A DNA stretch of 64,000 nucleotides from positions 5,216,001 through 5,280,000 of the forward strand of contig OY970303.1 of the NCBI GenBank assembly GCA_963716255.1, written 5' to 3'. The first letter of the stretch is position 1, and the number at the start of each line of letters is the position of its first letter. The stretch is from an uncultured Gemmatimonadales bacterium (GTDB taxonomy: Bacteria > Gemmatimonadota > Gemmatimonadetes > Longimicrobiales > Longimicrobiaceae). Shown piece by piece: positions 15,930 to 24,611 of this stretch. The translations under genes were made by a program, and so were the position numbers. The notes under the pieces are model-generated. The model was given only the letters and a program-made list of their open reading frames with translations. It had not been told where the DNA came from and ran no database searches.

Positions 15930-16739
15930 ATGGACGACGTACCGATCACCGCAACCGCCCGGGATCCGGGCATTCCCTCTGGCCTGGAGCGCCTGGCCGC
16001 GGCGCTGGAGCGCGAGATCGTTCCGCGCCTGCTGGTCGCCACCCGCGCCGGCCCCTTCTCGCCCGGCCTGCTGGCCTTCGCCGGCCACACGCTGGACGCC
16101 ACGCGCATCGAGGACCTGCTGCGACTCCTGCGCGGCCCCAGCGAGCACGCGGCCGAGGCGTACCTGCGCGAGCTGCTGGACCGCGGGGTCACCATGGACG
16201 TGGTGTGCATGGACCTCCTCGGCCCTGCCGCGCGCCGGCTGGGGACGCTGTGGGAGGAGGACGAGTGCGACTTCGTGGACGTGACCATCGCCGTGGGACG
16301 CATGCAGCGGGTGCTCCACTCGCTGGGGAGCCTGTTCGCCGGCAGCCCCACCGACTCCATCTCCCCCACGGGCCGCCTGTACCTCACCTGCATCCCCGGC
16401 GAGCAGCACACGCTGGGGATCCTGATGGTCGCCGAGTTCTTCCTCCGCGACGGCTGGGCGGTGGACCTGGGACACCCGCTGGACGCGGCGGATCTGCGCG
16501 CCGCCGTGCGCGAGAACTGGTTCGACGTGGTGGGCTTCTCGCTGGCCTGCGACAGCAGCCTGCCGCGGCTCCGCCGCGAGGTGCGCTCCGTCCGGCAGGC
16601 CTCGCGAAACACCGACGTGAGGGTGATGGTGGGCGGACGGCCGTTCGTGGAGCGCCCCGACCTGGTGCGCCGCACCGGCGCGGACGCCACCGCCGTGGAC
16701 GCCCGCGAAGCGCCCGCAGTGGCCGCGTCGCTGCTGTAG
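15930..16739 (+). CDS. aerR: AerR/PpaA cobalamin-binding antirepressor
   Basis: LGPAARRLGTLWEEDECDFVDVT and GEQHTLGILMVAEFF..GW (B12-binding domain). RBS GGAGG. Directly upstream of ppsR. Confidence 0.9.
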   Translation: MDDVPITATARDPGIPSGLERLAAALEREIVPRLLVATRAGPFSPGLLAFAGHTLDATRIEDLLRLLRGPSEHAAEAYLRELLDRGVTMDVVCMDLLGPAARRLGTLWEEDECDFVDVTIAVGRMQRVLHSLGSLFAGSPTDSISPTGRLYLTCIPGEQHTLGILMVAEFFLRDGWAVDLGHPLDAADLRAAVRENWFDVVGFSLACDSSLPRLRREVRSVRQASRNTDVRVMVGGRPFVERPDLVRRTGADATAVDAREAPAVAASLL

Positions 16740-16778
16740 AACGCCCCCATGCGGACCTCGAAATCGCGCGCCCCTGGG

Positions 16779-16844
16779 TGTAACGCCTGGTTTACGGTGG
16801 GGAGTGAACCGGAGGTTGACGATGGGGCGCTGCAGGTCTACTTT
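16779..16844 (+). promoter_or_regulatory. Putative ppsR promoter with a near-consensus PpsR box
   Basis: TGTAACGCCTGGTTTACG (16779-16796, one mismatch). TTGACG (16816)-N17-TACTTT (16839). Confidence 0.6.
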
Positions 16845-16851
16845 GACCTGC

Positions 16852-18264
16852 ATGGAAACCATGAAGACCTTTGACGCGCGCGCGGGTGGCCCGGGGGCCG
16901 GGGACGACGGCCGGACCCTTTCCGAGGTGGTCCGGGCGGCTGCCGACGTGGCGCTGCTGGTGGACGAGGGCGGGGTGATCCGCGACCTTCACCTGGGCTC
17001 GGAGCCGCCACTGGAGGAGGCCCGCGAGTGGCTGGGCCGCCCCTGGCTGGACACGGTCACGCCCGAGTCGCGCCGCAAGGTGGAGGAGATGCTCCGCGAG
17101 GCGCGGGAGCGCCCGTCGTCGCGGCGCCGGCAGGTGACGCACGGCTTTCCCAGCGGGGCGGACCTCCCGGTGGCGTACACCGCCGTGCGGATGGGGGACG
17201 GGGGGAGCGTGCTGGCGCTGGGCCGCGACCTGCGCGGCGCCGCCGCGCTGCAGCAGCGCCTGGTGGAGGCGCAGCAAGCCATGGAGCGCGACTACTGGCG
17301 GCTGCGCCACATGGAGACGCGGTACCGCCTCCTCTTCCAGCTCTCCTCCGAGCCGGTGCTGCTGGTGGACGCGGCCACCCGCCGCGTCACCGACGTCAAC
17401 CCTGCGGGCGCGCGGGCGCTGGGCGCCGAGGCGCGCCTGCTGGTGGGCCAGCCGTTCGCCGTGGGCGCCGACGACGCCGAGCGGGCGGCGGCGGGGCGGC
17501 ACCTGGACGGGATCAAGGACCAGGGGCGCGCGGAGCCGGTGCCGGTGCACGGCGCCGACGGCGAGGCGTTCTCCCTGTCCGCCGCGATGGTGAGGCAGGA
17601 CGCGGCCGGTCTTTTCCTGGTCCGCCTGGTGCCGGAGGGCGCGCGCGAGGGCGGCTCCGCGGACGGCGCCTCGTCGCGCAAGGTGAAGGCGCTGCAGGCC
17701 TCGCCGGACGGCTTCGCCGTGATCGACGCGGCCGGGCGGGTGATGGCCGTCAACCGCGCCTTCCTGGAGATGACGGAAGCGGCCTCCGAGGAGCAGGTGC
17801 GCGGGGAGCGGCTGGACCGCTGGATCGGGCGGCCGGGCGCCGACCTGGACATCCTGCTCAGGATGGTCGGGGAGCACGGCGCGGTGCGCCTGTTCTCCAC
17901 CGCGCTGCGGGGGGAGTACGGCTCGGTGGCGGAGGTGGAGGTGTCCGCGGCGCGCGCCGACGGGGAGGAGCCGTACGTGGGAATCTCCTTCCGCGACGTG
18001 GGGCGGCGGCTGGCGCACGGCCCCACCGGTGCCCGCGACCTGACGCGCGCGGTGGAGGACCTCACCAAGCTGGTCGGCAAGGTGTCGCTGCTCGACCTGG
18101 TGCGCGACACCGTGGACCTGGTGGAGCGCCACTTCATCGAGGCGGCGCTGGAGCTCACCGGCGACAACCGCACCCTGGCCGCCGAGGTGCTGCGGGTCAG
18201 CCGCCAGAGCCTCTACGTCAAGCTGCGCCGCTACGGGCACGAGATAAAGGAAGACCGCAGCTAG
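16852..18264 (+). CDS. ppsR: Photosynthesis gene repressor PpsR/CrtJ
   Basis: PAS domains, Q-linker LQQRLVEAQQAMERDYWRLRHMETRYRLLF, and C-terminal HTH IEAALELTGDNRTLAAEVLRVSRQSLYVKLRRYG. Confidence 0.96.
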   Translation: METMKTFDARAGGPGAGDDGRTLSEVVRAAADVALLVDEGGVIRDLHLGSEPPLEEAREWLGRPWLDTVTPESRRKVEEMLREARERPSSRRRQVTHGFPSGADLPVAYTAVRMGDGGSVLALGRDLRGAAALQQRLVEAQQAMERDYWRLRHMETRYRLLFQLSSEPVLLVDAATRRVTDVNPAGARALGAEARLLVGQPFAVGADDAERAAAGRHLDGIKDQGRAEPVPVHGADGEAFSLSAAMVRQDAAGLFLVRLVPEGAREGGSADGASSRKVKALQASPDGFAVIDAAGRVMAVNRAFLEMTEAASEEQVRGERLDRWIGRPGADLDILLRMVGEHGAVRLFSTALRGEYGSVAEVEVSAARADGEEPYVGISFRDVGRRLAHGPTGARDLTRAVEDLTKLVGKVSLLDLVRDTVDLVERHFIEAALELTGDNRTLAAEVLRVSRQSLYVKLRRYGHEIKEDRS

Positions 18265-18304
18265 CGTTTTCCCGGCCGGGTGGGCACCCCGCTCACCCGG
18301 CTTC

Positions 18305-18362
18305 TTGACACCCGCGAATGTAAACTTAGATTGACAATCATGGGTGTCACGATCCTTACACA
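18305..18362 (+). promoter_or_regulatory. bchG operon promoter with two PpsR boxes 8 bp apart
   Basis: TTGACA (18305)-N16-TAGATT (18327). Boxes TGTAAACTTAGATTGACA (18319-18336) and TGTCACGATCCTTACACA (18345-18362). Confidence 0.88.
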
Positions 18363-19251
18363 GTCGAGCCCTCGCCGGCTCCCCCCGCCCTCGGCGGTGC
18401 TGGAGGTGCTGAAGCCGGTGACATGGTTCCCGCCCATGTGGGCGTTCGCCTGCGGAGCGGTGTCGTCCGGGGCGGAGCTGGGGCCGCGGGCGGGGACGCT
18501 GGCGCTGGGGGTGGCGCTCACGGGGCCGCTGGTGTGCGCGGCCAGCCAGGCGGTCAACGACTGGTACGACCGCGAGGTGGACGCCATCAACGAGCCCGGC
18601 CGTCCCATCCCCTCCGGGCGTCTCCCCGGCCGCTGGGGGCTGGGCGTGGCGACGGGCTGGACGGTGCTCTCGCTGGCGGCCGGCGCGGCGCTGGGCGCCT
18701 GGGGCTTCGCGGCGACCGTCGCCGCCCTCCTCCTGGCCTGGGCGTACAGCGCGCCTCCCGCGCGGCTCAAGCGCAACGGCTGGGTGGGAAACGCGGCGGT
18801 CGGCTTCACCTACGAGGGGCTCGCCTGGGCCACCGGCGCGGCGGTCGCGCTCGGCGGGCGGGCCCCCGGCGGAGGGATCCTCCTCTTCGCCACGCTCTAC
18901 TCCCTGGGGGCGCACGGCATCATGACCCTCAACGACTTCAAGTCCATCGCGGGCGACCGCCGCACGGGGATCGGCTCGCTCCCGGCGCGCCTGGGTCCGG
19001 AGGCTGCCTCCCTCGTGGCCTGCGCGGTGATGACGGTGCCGCAGCTCATCGCCGTCGCGCTCCTCGCCTCGTACGGCCGCCCCCTGCACGCCGCCGCCGT
19101 GGGGGCACTGGTGCTCGTGCAGCTGGGGATGATGAGACGCTTCGCCGCGGCGCCCGTGGACCGGGCGCTCTGGTACAGCGCCTTCGGGGTCCCGCTCTTC
19201 GTGGCGGGGATGATGGTGTCCGCCTTCGCGCTCCGGGGGGTGCAGCCATGA
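18340..19251 (+). CDS. bchG: Bacteriochlorophyll synthase
   Basis: LKPVTWFPPMWAF, SQAVNDWYDREVDAINEPGRPIPSG and HGIMTLNDFKSIAGD. Confidence 0.96.
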   Translation: MGVTILTQSSPRRLPPPSAVLEVLKPVTWFPPMWAFACGAVSSGAELGPRAGTLALGVALTGPLVCAASQAVNDWYDREVDAINEPGRPIPSGRLPGRWGLGVATGWTVLSLAAGAALGAWGFAATVAALLLAWAYSAPPARLKRNGWVGNAAVGFTYEGLAWATGAAVALGGRAPGGGILLFATLYSLGAHGIMTLNDFKSIAGDRRTGIGSLPARLGPEAASLVACAVMTVPQLIAVALLASYGRPLHAAAVGALVLVQLGMMRRFAAAPVDRALWYSAFGVPLFVAGMMVSAFALRGVQP

Positions 19252-20573
19252 ACGGGACCACGCTCTCCTGGCCGGGGATCGCCCGGCTGGGGCTGGTGCA
19301 GGCGGCCATCGGCATGGTGGTGGTGCTGATGACCTCCACGCTGAACCGGGTGATGGTGGTGGAGGTGGGGCTCGCGGCCACGGTGCCGGGGCTGCTGGTG
19401 GGGCTCCACTTCGCGGTGCAAGCCCTCCGCCCGCGGATGGGCCACGGCTCGGACGCGAGCGGCCGGCGCACCCCCTGGATCGTGGGCGGGATGCTGCTGC
19501 TGGTCCTCGCCTCCCTGGGCGCCTCGGCCGCGACGGCGCTCCTGGCGACGGACCGCGCCGCCGGGCTGCTCCTCTCGATCGTCGCCTTCGCGCTGATCGG
19601 GGTGGGGATCGCGGCGTCGAGCACTCCCTTCCTGGCGCTGCTGGCCGAGCGGGTGGGGCCGGAGCGGCGCTCGGGCGCCGCGGCGATGACCTGGATCCTG
19701 ATGATCGTGGGGATCATCGCCACGGCCGGGGTGGGCGGGGCGCTGCTGGACCCCTTCTCTTATCCGCGGCTGGTGGCGGTCACCGCCGGGGTCGGCGCTG
19801 CGGCGCTGCTGCTCACCGCGGTGGGGCTTGTCGGGAACGAGCCGACGCGGCGGACCGTCGTCGCGGCGGCGGAAGAGCGCCCGCGGGCGTCCTTCCGCGA
19901 GGCGTTCCGCGAGGTGTGGGGCGAGGACGAGGCGCGCCGCTTCGCGCTGTTCATCTTCGTGTCCATGCTGGCGTACAGCGCCCAGGACCTGATCCTGGAG
20001 CCCTTCGCCGGGGCCGTGTTCGGGCTGACGCCGGGGGAGTCCACGCAGGTGGCGGGGATGCAGCACGGCGGCGTGCTCCTGGGGATGGTCGCAGGCGCCC
20101 TGGGCGCGCGCCGCTTGGGGACGCTGGCCGGGTGGGCGGCGTGGGGGTGCGCGGCTTCCGCTGCGGCCTTCGTCGTCCTGGCGGCCACGGCGTTCGCCGG
20201 GTCCGCCGCCGCGATGCGCGGCGCCGTGTTCGTGCTGGGCGCAGCCAACGGCGCCTTCGCGGTCGGCGCCATCGGCGCGATGATGGGGCTGATGCACGCG
20301 GGCGCCAGGGGCCGCGAGGGGCTGCGGATGGGCTTCTGGGGCGCGGCGCAGGCGCTGGCCTACGGGCTGGGCGGCTTCGCGGGGGCGGCGGGGAGCGACC
20401 TGGCGCGCTGGGCGCTCGGCTCGCCGGCGGCCGGGTACGCCACGGTGTTCGGGGTGGAGGCGGCGCTCTTCCTGGCCGCCGCGGCGATGGCGGTGCGCAC
20501 CGGCGCGCGGGCCCGCGCCGCCGACGTCCACTGGGGGCGCGACGGCGCCGCCGCCCTGGCGGCGGCGAGGTAG
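19248..20573 (+). CDS. PucC/Bch2-family (BCD) MFS protein
   Basis: IARLGLVQAAIG..TSTLNRVMVVE, RPRMGHGSD..GRRTPWI and AYSAQDLILEPFAG. Usual position after bchG. Confidence 0.9.
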   Translation: MNGTTLSWPGIARLGLVQAAIGMVVVLMTSTLNRVMVVEVGLAATVPGLLVGLHFAVQALRPRMGHGSDASGRRTPWIVGGMLLLVLASLGASAATALLATDRAAGLLLSIVAFALIGVGIAASSTPFLALLAERVGPERRSGAAAMTWILMIVGIIATAGVGGALLDPFSYPRLVAVTAGVGAAALLLTAVGLVGNEPTRRTVVAAAEERPRASFREAFREVWGEDEARRFALFIFVSMLAYSAQDLILEPFAGAVFGLTPGESTQVAGMQHGGVLLGMVAGALGARRLGTLAGWAAWGCAASAAAFVVLAATAFAGSAAAMRGAVFVLGAANGAFAVGAIGAMMGLMHAGARGREGLRMGFWGAAQALAYGLGGFAGAAGSDLARWALGSPAAGYATVFGVEAALFLAAAAMAVRTGARARAADVHWGRDGAAALAAAR

Positions 20574-20576
20574 CCC

Positions 20577-21917
20577 GTGCCCTCCGCCGCCCTGCCGCTG
20601 CCGGTCCTGGCGCCGCCCGCGCTGGCGGAGCCGCGCCCGCGCGACCTCTGCACCGACTGCGGCATTTCGCGCTCGTCGGACCCGGGGCGCTGCGGGCGCG
20701 CCTGCCAGTTCGTGCACCCGCGCCACGCCGAGCTGGAGCGGCGGGCGCACGGCCGCGAGCGCGACCCCGCCCGCGGCGACGAGCTGCACTTCGGGCCGTA
20801 CCTGCGGATGCTGCGCGCCCGCATGCGCAGCCCGCTTCCCGGCGCGCAGTGGACGGGGATCACCACCCGCGTCGCCGAGCGGCTGCTGGAGACCGGGCGG
20901 GTGGACGCGGTGCTCGCCACCGCCTCCGACCCGGAGGACCGCTGGAAGCCGCGTCCGGTGATCGTGACGCAGGCGGCGGGGATGCGGGAGTGCCGAGGGA
21001 TGAAGATGGGCTTCTCGCCGGTGCTGGCGCTGCTGGACGAGGCCGCCGCGCGCGGCCTGCGCCGGCTGGCGGTGGTGGGGGTCGCCTGCCAGGTGCACGC
21101 GCTGCGGGCGCTGGAGGCGGAGCTGGGGCTGGAGTGCCTGTACGTGCTGGGGACGCCGTGCAGCGACAACACCGGCACCGCCAACTTCCACCGCTTCCTG
21201 GCCCTGCTCACCGACCGCCCCGGCGAGGTGACGTACCTGGAGTTCCTGTCCGACTTTCGGGTGGAGCTGCGCTTCGCGGACGGGGAGACCCGGCACATTC
21301 CCTTCCTCCAGCTCCCCATCGCCCAGCTCCCGCCCGACTTCATCCCGCTGACCTGCCGCTCCTGCTTCGACTACGCCAACTCCCTCGCGGACCTGACCGT
21401 GGGCTACATGGCCGCCGGCGGCGACCAGTGGCTTCTGGTCCGCAACGCGCGCGGCGCGGAGCTGCTCGACCTGGTCCGCGGCGAGATCGAGACCCGGCCC
21501 CTGGAGTCGTCCGGCAGCCGCCGCGGCGCCGTCCGCGCCTTCGCCCGCGCCACGGAGCGCGCCGCCGGCGGCCTCCCCCTGCGCCGCGCGCCGGGCTTCC
21601 TGCGCCCGCTGATCGGCTGGGCGATGAGGCGCTTCGGGCCGAAGGGGCTGGAGTTCGCGCGGACGCGGGTGGAGATGAAGCACGTGGAGGGGATCCTCAC
21701 CCTGCGCCGCTTTCGCCCCCGCCGCCTGCTGCGGGTGGTGCCCCCGTTCGCCTGGGCGGTGGCGGCGGAGTACGGGATCGTGCCCGGGGCGGGGGAGGCG
21801 GACGGGGCCCCCATCCCCCCGGCCCCCTCCCCCGCGAGGGGGGACGAGGAGAAAGACATGACGGAGCCGGGGTGGCTCTCGGGCCGCCAGGTGGGGTCCC
21901 CGAGAACGCCTGCGTAG
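20577..21917 (+). CDS. bciB: FrhB-family ferredoxin-dependent 8-vinyl reductase BciB
   Basis: Fe-S cysteine motifs CTDCG...CQF, GAQWTGITT, VACQVHALR, GTPCSDN and CRSCFDYANSLADLTVGYM. Confidence 0.85.
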   Translation: MPSAALPLPVLAPPALAEPRPRDLCTDCGISRSSDPGRCGRACQFVHPRHAELERRAHGRERDPARGDELHFGPYLRMLRARMRSPLPGAQWTGITTRVAERLLETGRVDAVLATASDPEDRWKPRPVIVTQAAGMRECRGMKMGFSPVLALLDEAAARGLRRLAVVGVACQVHALRALEAELGLECLYVLGTPCSDNTGTANFHRFLALLTDRPGEVTYLEFLSDFRVELRFADGETRHIPFLQLPIAQLPPDFIPLTCRSCFDYANSLADLTVGYMAAGGDQWLLVRNARGAELLDLVRGEIETRPLESSGSRRGAVRAFARATERAAGGLPLRRAPGFLRPLIGWAMRRFGPKGLEFARTRVEMKHVEGILTLRRFRPRRLLRVVPPFAWAVAAEYGIVPGAGEADGAPIPPAPSPARGDEEKDMTEPGWLSGRQVGSPRTPA

Positions 21918-21937
21918 TCTGCCGCCTCCCTCCGCGC

Positions 21938-21985
21938 GAAGCCCGACCCCGACGACGGCCGGGGGCACGCCCAAGACCGCAGTTC
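21938..21985 (+). repeat. Partial (3' end) copy of the structured repeat, between bciB and bchP
   Basis: GAAGCCCGACCCCGACGACGGCCGGGGGCACGCCCAAGACCGCAGTTC. Confidence 0.75.
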
Positions 21986-22031
21986 CCAGCAGTTCCAGGC
22001 CGTTCAAAAGCCAGAACGGAGGCACCCGAAG

Positions 22032-23222
22032 ATGCGCCAGACGTTCGATGTGGTGGTGGTGGGCGGAGGGCCGGCGGGAGCGACCGCGGCCCACGAGCTG
22101 GCGCGCGCCGGACGCTCCGTCCTGCTGCTGGACCGCGACGGGCGCATCAAGCCCTGCGGGGGCGCCGTGCCGCCGCAGCTGCTGGAGGACTTCGACGTGC
22201 CGGAATCGCTGCTGGTGAACCGGGTGGACACGGCGCGCATCGTTTCGCCGCGGGGGAGGACGGTGGACATCCCGGTGGGGAGCGGCTTCGTGGGGATGGT
22301 GGACCGCGACGGGTTCGACGAGTGGCTGCGGGCGCGGGCGGCCGGGGCCGGGGCGGAGCGGGAGGCAGGGGCCTTCGTGCGCCTGGAGCGGGACGCGGAC
22401 GGCACGGCGGTGGTGGTGTACACGCGCGGCCGGTCGCGGAGCGGGGAGGAGGCCCGGGTGCGGGCGCGCATGGTGGTGGGGGCGGACGGGGCCCTCTCGG
22501 CGGTGGCACGCCAGGAGGTGCCGGGCGCGGACCGGGCGCGGCACGTGTTCGCCTACCACGAGGTGGTGCGCTCGCCGGCCGGGGGCGGGGCGGGCTTCGG
22601 GCCGGCGCGCTGCGACGTGTACTACCAGGGGGCGCTCTCGCCGGACTTCTACGCCTGGGTCTTCCCGCACGGCGACACCACCAGCGTGGGCACGGGGAGC
22701 ATGCAAAAGGGGTTCGCGCTGCGCCAGGCGGTGGGCGAGCTGCGGCGGGCCACCGGGCTGGACGCGGTGGAGACGGTGCGCCGCGAGGGGGCGCCCATCC
22801 CGCTTCGCCCGCTGCGGCGCTGGGACAACGGGCGCGACGTGGTGCTGGCGGGGGACGCGGCCGGGGTGGTGGCCCCGGCGTCGGGCGAGGGGATCTTCTA
22901 CGCCATGACCGGCGGGCGGCTGGCGGCGGAAGCCGCGGACGCGGCGCTGAGCACGGGGCGCGGCCGGGAGCTGGGGGCGGCGCGGAGGCGCTTCATGCGG
23001 GCGCACGGGCAGGTGTTCTTCGCGCTGGACGTGATGCAGCGCTTCTGGTACGCCACGGACGGGCGGCGCGAGCGCTTCGTCGCCATCTGCCGCGACCCCG
23101 ACGTGCAGTACCTGACCTTCGAGGGATACCTCCGCAAGCGGCTGGTGCGAGCCCGGCCGCTGGCCCACGCCCGCATCTTCTTCAAGAACGTCGGCCACCT
23201 CACCGGACTGGTGCGCGCATGA
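22032..23222 (+). CDS. bchP: Geranylgeranyl reductase
   Basis: VVGGGPAGATAA, RIKPCGGAVPP, SPDFYAWVFPHG and GDAAGVVAPASGEGIFYAM. Confidence 0.96.
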   Translation: MRQTFDVVVVGGGPAGATAAHELARAGRSVLLLDRDGRIKPCGGAVPPQLLEDFDVPESLLVNRVDTARIVSPRGRTVDIPVGSGFVGMVDRDGFDEWLRARAAGAGAEREAGAFVRLERDADGTAVVVYTRGRSRSGEEARVRARMVVGADGALSAVARQEVPGADRARHVFAYHEVVRSPAGGGAGFGPARCDVYYQGALSPDFYAWVFPHGDTTSVGTGSMQKGFALRQAVGELRRATGLDAVETVRREGAPIPLRPLRRWDNGRDVVLAGDAAGVVAPASGEGIFYAMTGGRLAAEAADAALSTGRGRELGAARRRFMRAHGQVFFALDVMQRFWYATDGRRERFVAICRDPDVQYLTFEGYLRKRLVRARPLAHARIFFKNVGHLTGLVRA

Positions 23223-24118
23223 TGCCCATCACCGAGATGCGGGACGAGCTGCGGCTCATGGAGGCGGTACGCCGCCGCCGGGGCGGGGAGCGGGTGGCCG
23301 CCTTCGCCGAGCGCTGGCTCCCCCGCCTGGAGGCGGAGCTGGAGCGCGCCACGGCCGGGCTGGGCGACGAGCTGGGCGGCCTGCAGGCGGCGGTGGACCG
23401 GGCGGTGGGGACCCGCGGCACCGGAGGGCGGCGCTGGCGTCCGCTGCTGGTGCTCGCGGCGGCGGGCGCCTGCGGCGGCGACCCGGCGGAGGCGGCGGGC
23501 GCCGCCGCCGCGGCCGAGCTGACGCACGCGGCCTCGCTGGCGCTGGACGACCTCCCCTGCATGGACGACGACGCCACGCGCCGCGGCCTCCCCAGCACCC
23601 ACCGGCTGGTGGGCTCGGCGGGGGCGATCCTGGTGGCGGTGGGGCTGCTGGGGCGCTCGGCGGAGCTGCTGGCGGCGGCGCCGCGCGGCGCCGCCGGCCT
23701 GTGCGCGGAGTGGGGGCGCTGCTTCGGGCTGCGGGGGATGTCCGGCGGTCAGGCGGCGGACCTGGCGGGGCTGCGGCGGGGGGCGGCGCGGCGGCTCCTG
23801 CGCGAGAAGACGACGGCGCTCTCGGGCTTCGCGCCGGCGGCGGGGGCGCGCATCGCCGGGGCGGACGCGGAGACGCGGGCGTCGCTGGCGGCCTTCGGGC
23901 GGGGGGTGGGGTGGGCGTACCAGCTCGCCGACGACGCCGAGGACGCGCGCGCGGACGCCGCCGCGGGGCGGGCGGCGGCCGGACGGGCGCCGCTGCGCCA
24001 GGCCGCGCGGCTGATGCGCCTGTCGGAGGCGCGGCTGCGCGGTGCGCCGGGGCTGGCGCCGGAGGGGACGGAGCTGCTGGCGTCGCTGGCGCGCGCGGTC
24101 GTCCCCGCGGCGGGGTAG
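23219..24118 (+). CDS. crtE: Polyprenyl (probably geranylgeranyl) diphosphate synthase, divergent
   Basis: GGRRWRPLL, ELTHAASLALDDLPCMDDDATRRG (first Asp-rich motif), GMSGGQAADL, EKT and YQLADDAED (second Asp-rich motif). Confidence 0.8.
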   Translation: MMPITEMRDELRLMEAVRRRRGGERVAAFAERWLPRLEAELERATAGLGDELGGLQAAVDRAVGTRGTGGRRWRPLLVLAAAGACGGDPAEAAGAAAAAELTHAASLALDDLPCMDDDATRRGLPSTHRLVGSAGAILVAVGLLGRSAELLAAAPRGAAGLCAEWGRCFGLRGMSGGQAADLAGLRRGAARRLLREKTTALSGFAPAAGARIAGADAETRASLAAFGRGVGWAYQLADDAEDARADAAAGRAAAGRAPLRQAARLMRLSEARLRGAPGLAPEGTELLASLARAVVPAAG

Positions 24119-24123
24119 CCGCC

Positions 24124-24609
24124 ATGCTCCCCGACGCGCCGCTCCTGTTCGCGACCGCCTGGACCCTCGCCGTGCTCGGCGCCGGCGGGATGGTGACCCG
24201 CCCCGACGGGAGCTGGTACCGGCTGCTCCACAAGCCCGCGTGGCAGCCCCCGGACCGGGCCTTCGCCCCCGCCTGGACGCTGATCTTCGTGTGCGCGTCT
24301 GCGGCGCTCGTGGCCGCGTGGCGCGGGGCGGGGAGCGGGGCGGAGCAGGCGGCGCTCGCCGCCGTGTACGTGGTCAACGGCGGACTCAACTTCCTGTGGA
24401 GCCTGCTGTTCTTCGGGCGGAAGCGGCCGGACGCCGCGCTGGTGGAGATCTTCCCGCTCTGGCTGTCGGTGGCGGCGATGATGCTGGTCGTCGCCCGCAC
24501 CGCTCCCGGCTGGTCGCTGCTGCTGGTACCGTACCTCGCCTGGGTGACCTTCGCGGCGATCCTGAACCGCGCGATCGTCCGGCTCAACCGCCCCCTCTCC
24601 GAGCGCTGA
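24124..24609 (+). CDS. tspO: TspO/MBR protein (copy 2)
   Basis: WYRLLHKPAWQPPDRAFAPAWTLIF, LNFLWSLLFFG and VPYLAWVTFAAILN. Confidence 0.92.
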   Translation: MLPDAPLLFATAWTLAVLGAGGMVTRPDGSWYRLLHKPAWQPPDRAFAPAWTLIFVCASAALVAAWRGAGSGAEQAALAAVYVVNGGLNFLWSLLFFGRKRPDAALVEIFPLWLSVAAMMLVVARTAPGWSLLLVPYLAWVTFAAILNRAIVRLNRPLSER

Positions 24610-24611
24610 GC

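Noticed and set aside
20577..21917. F420 hydrogenase beta subunit implying hydrogen or methanogen-type metabolism
   Set aside because: There are no hydrogenase genes nearby, and the motifs and context fit BciB.
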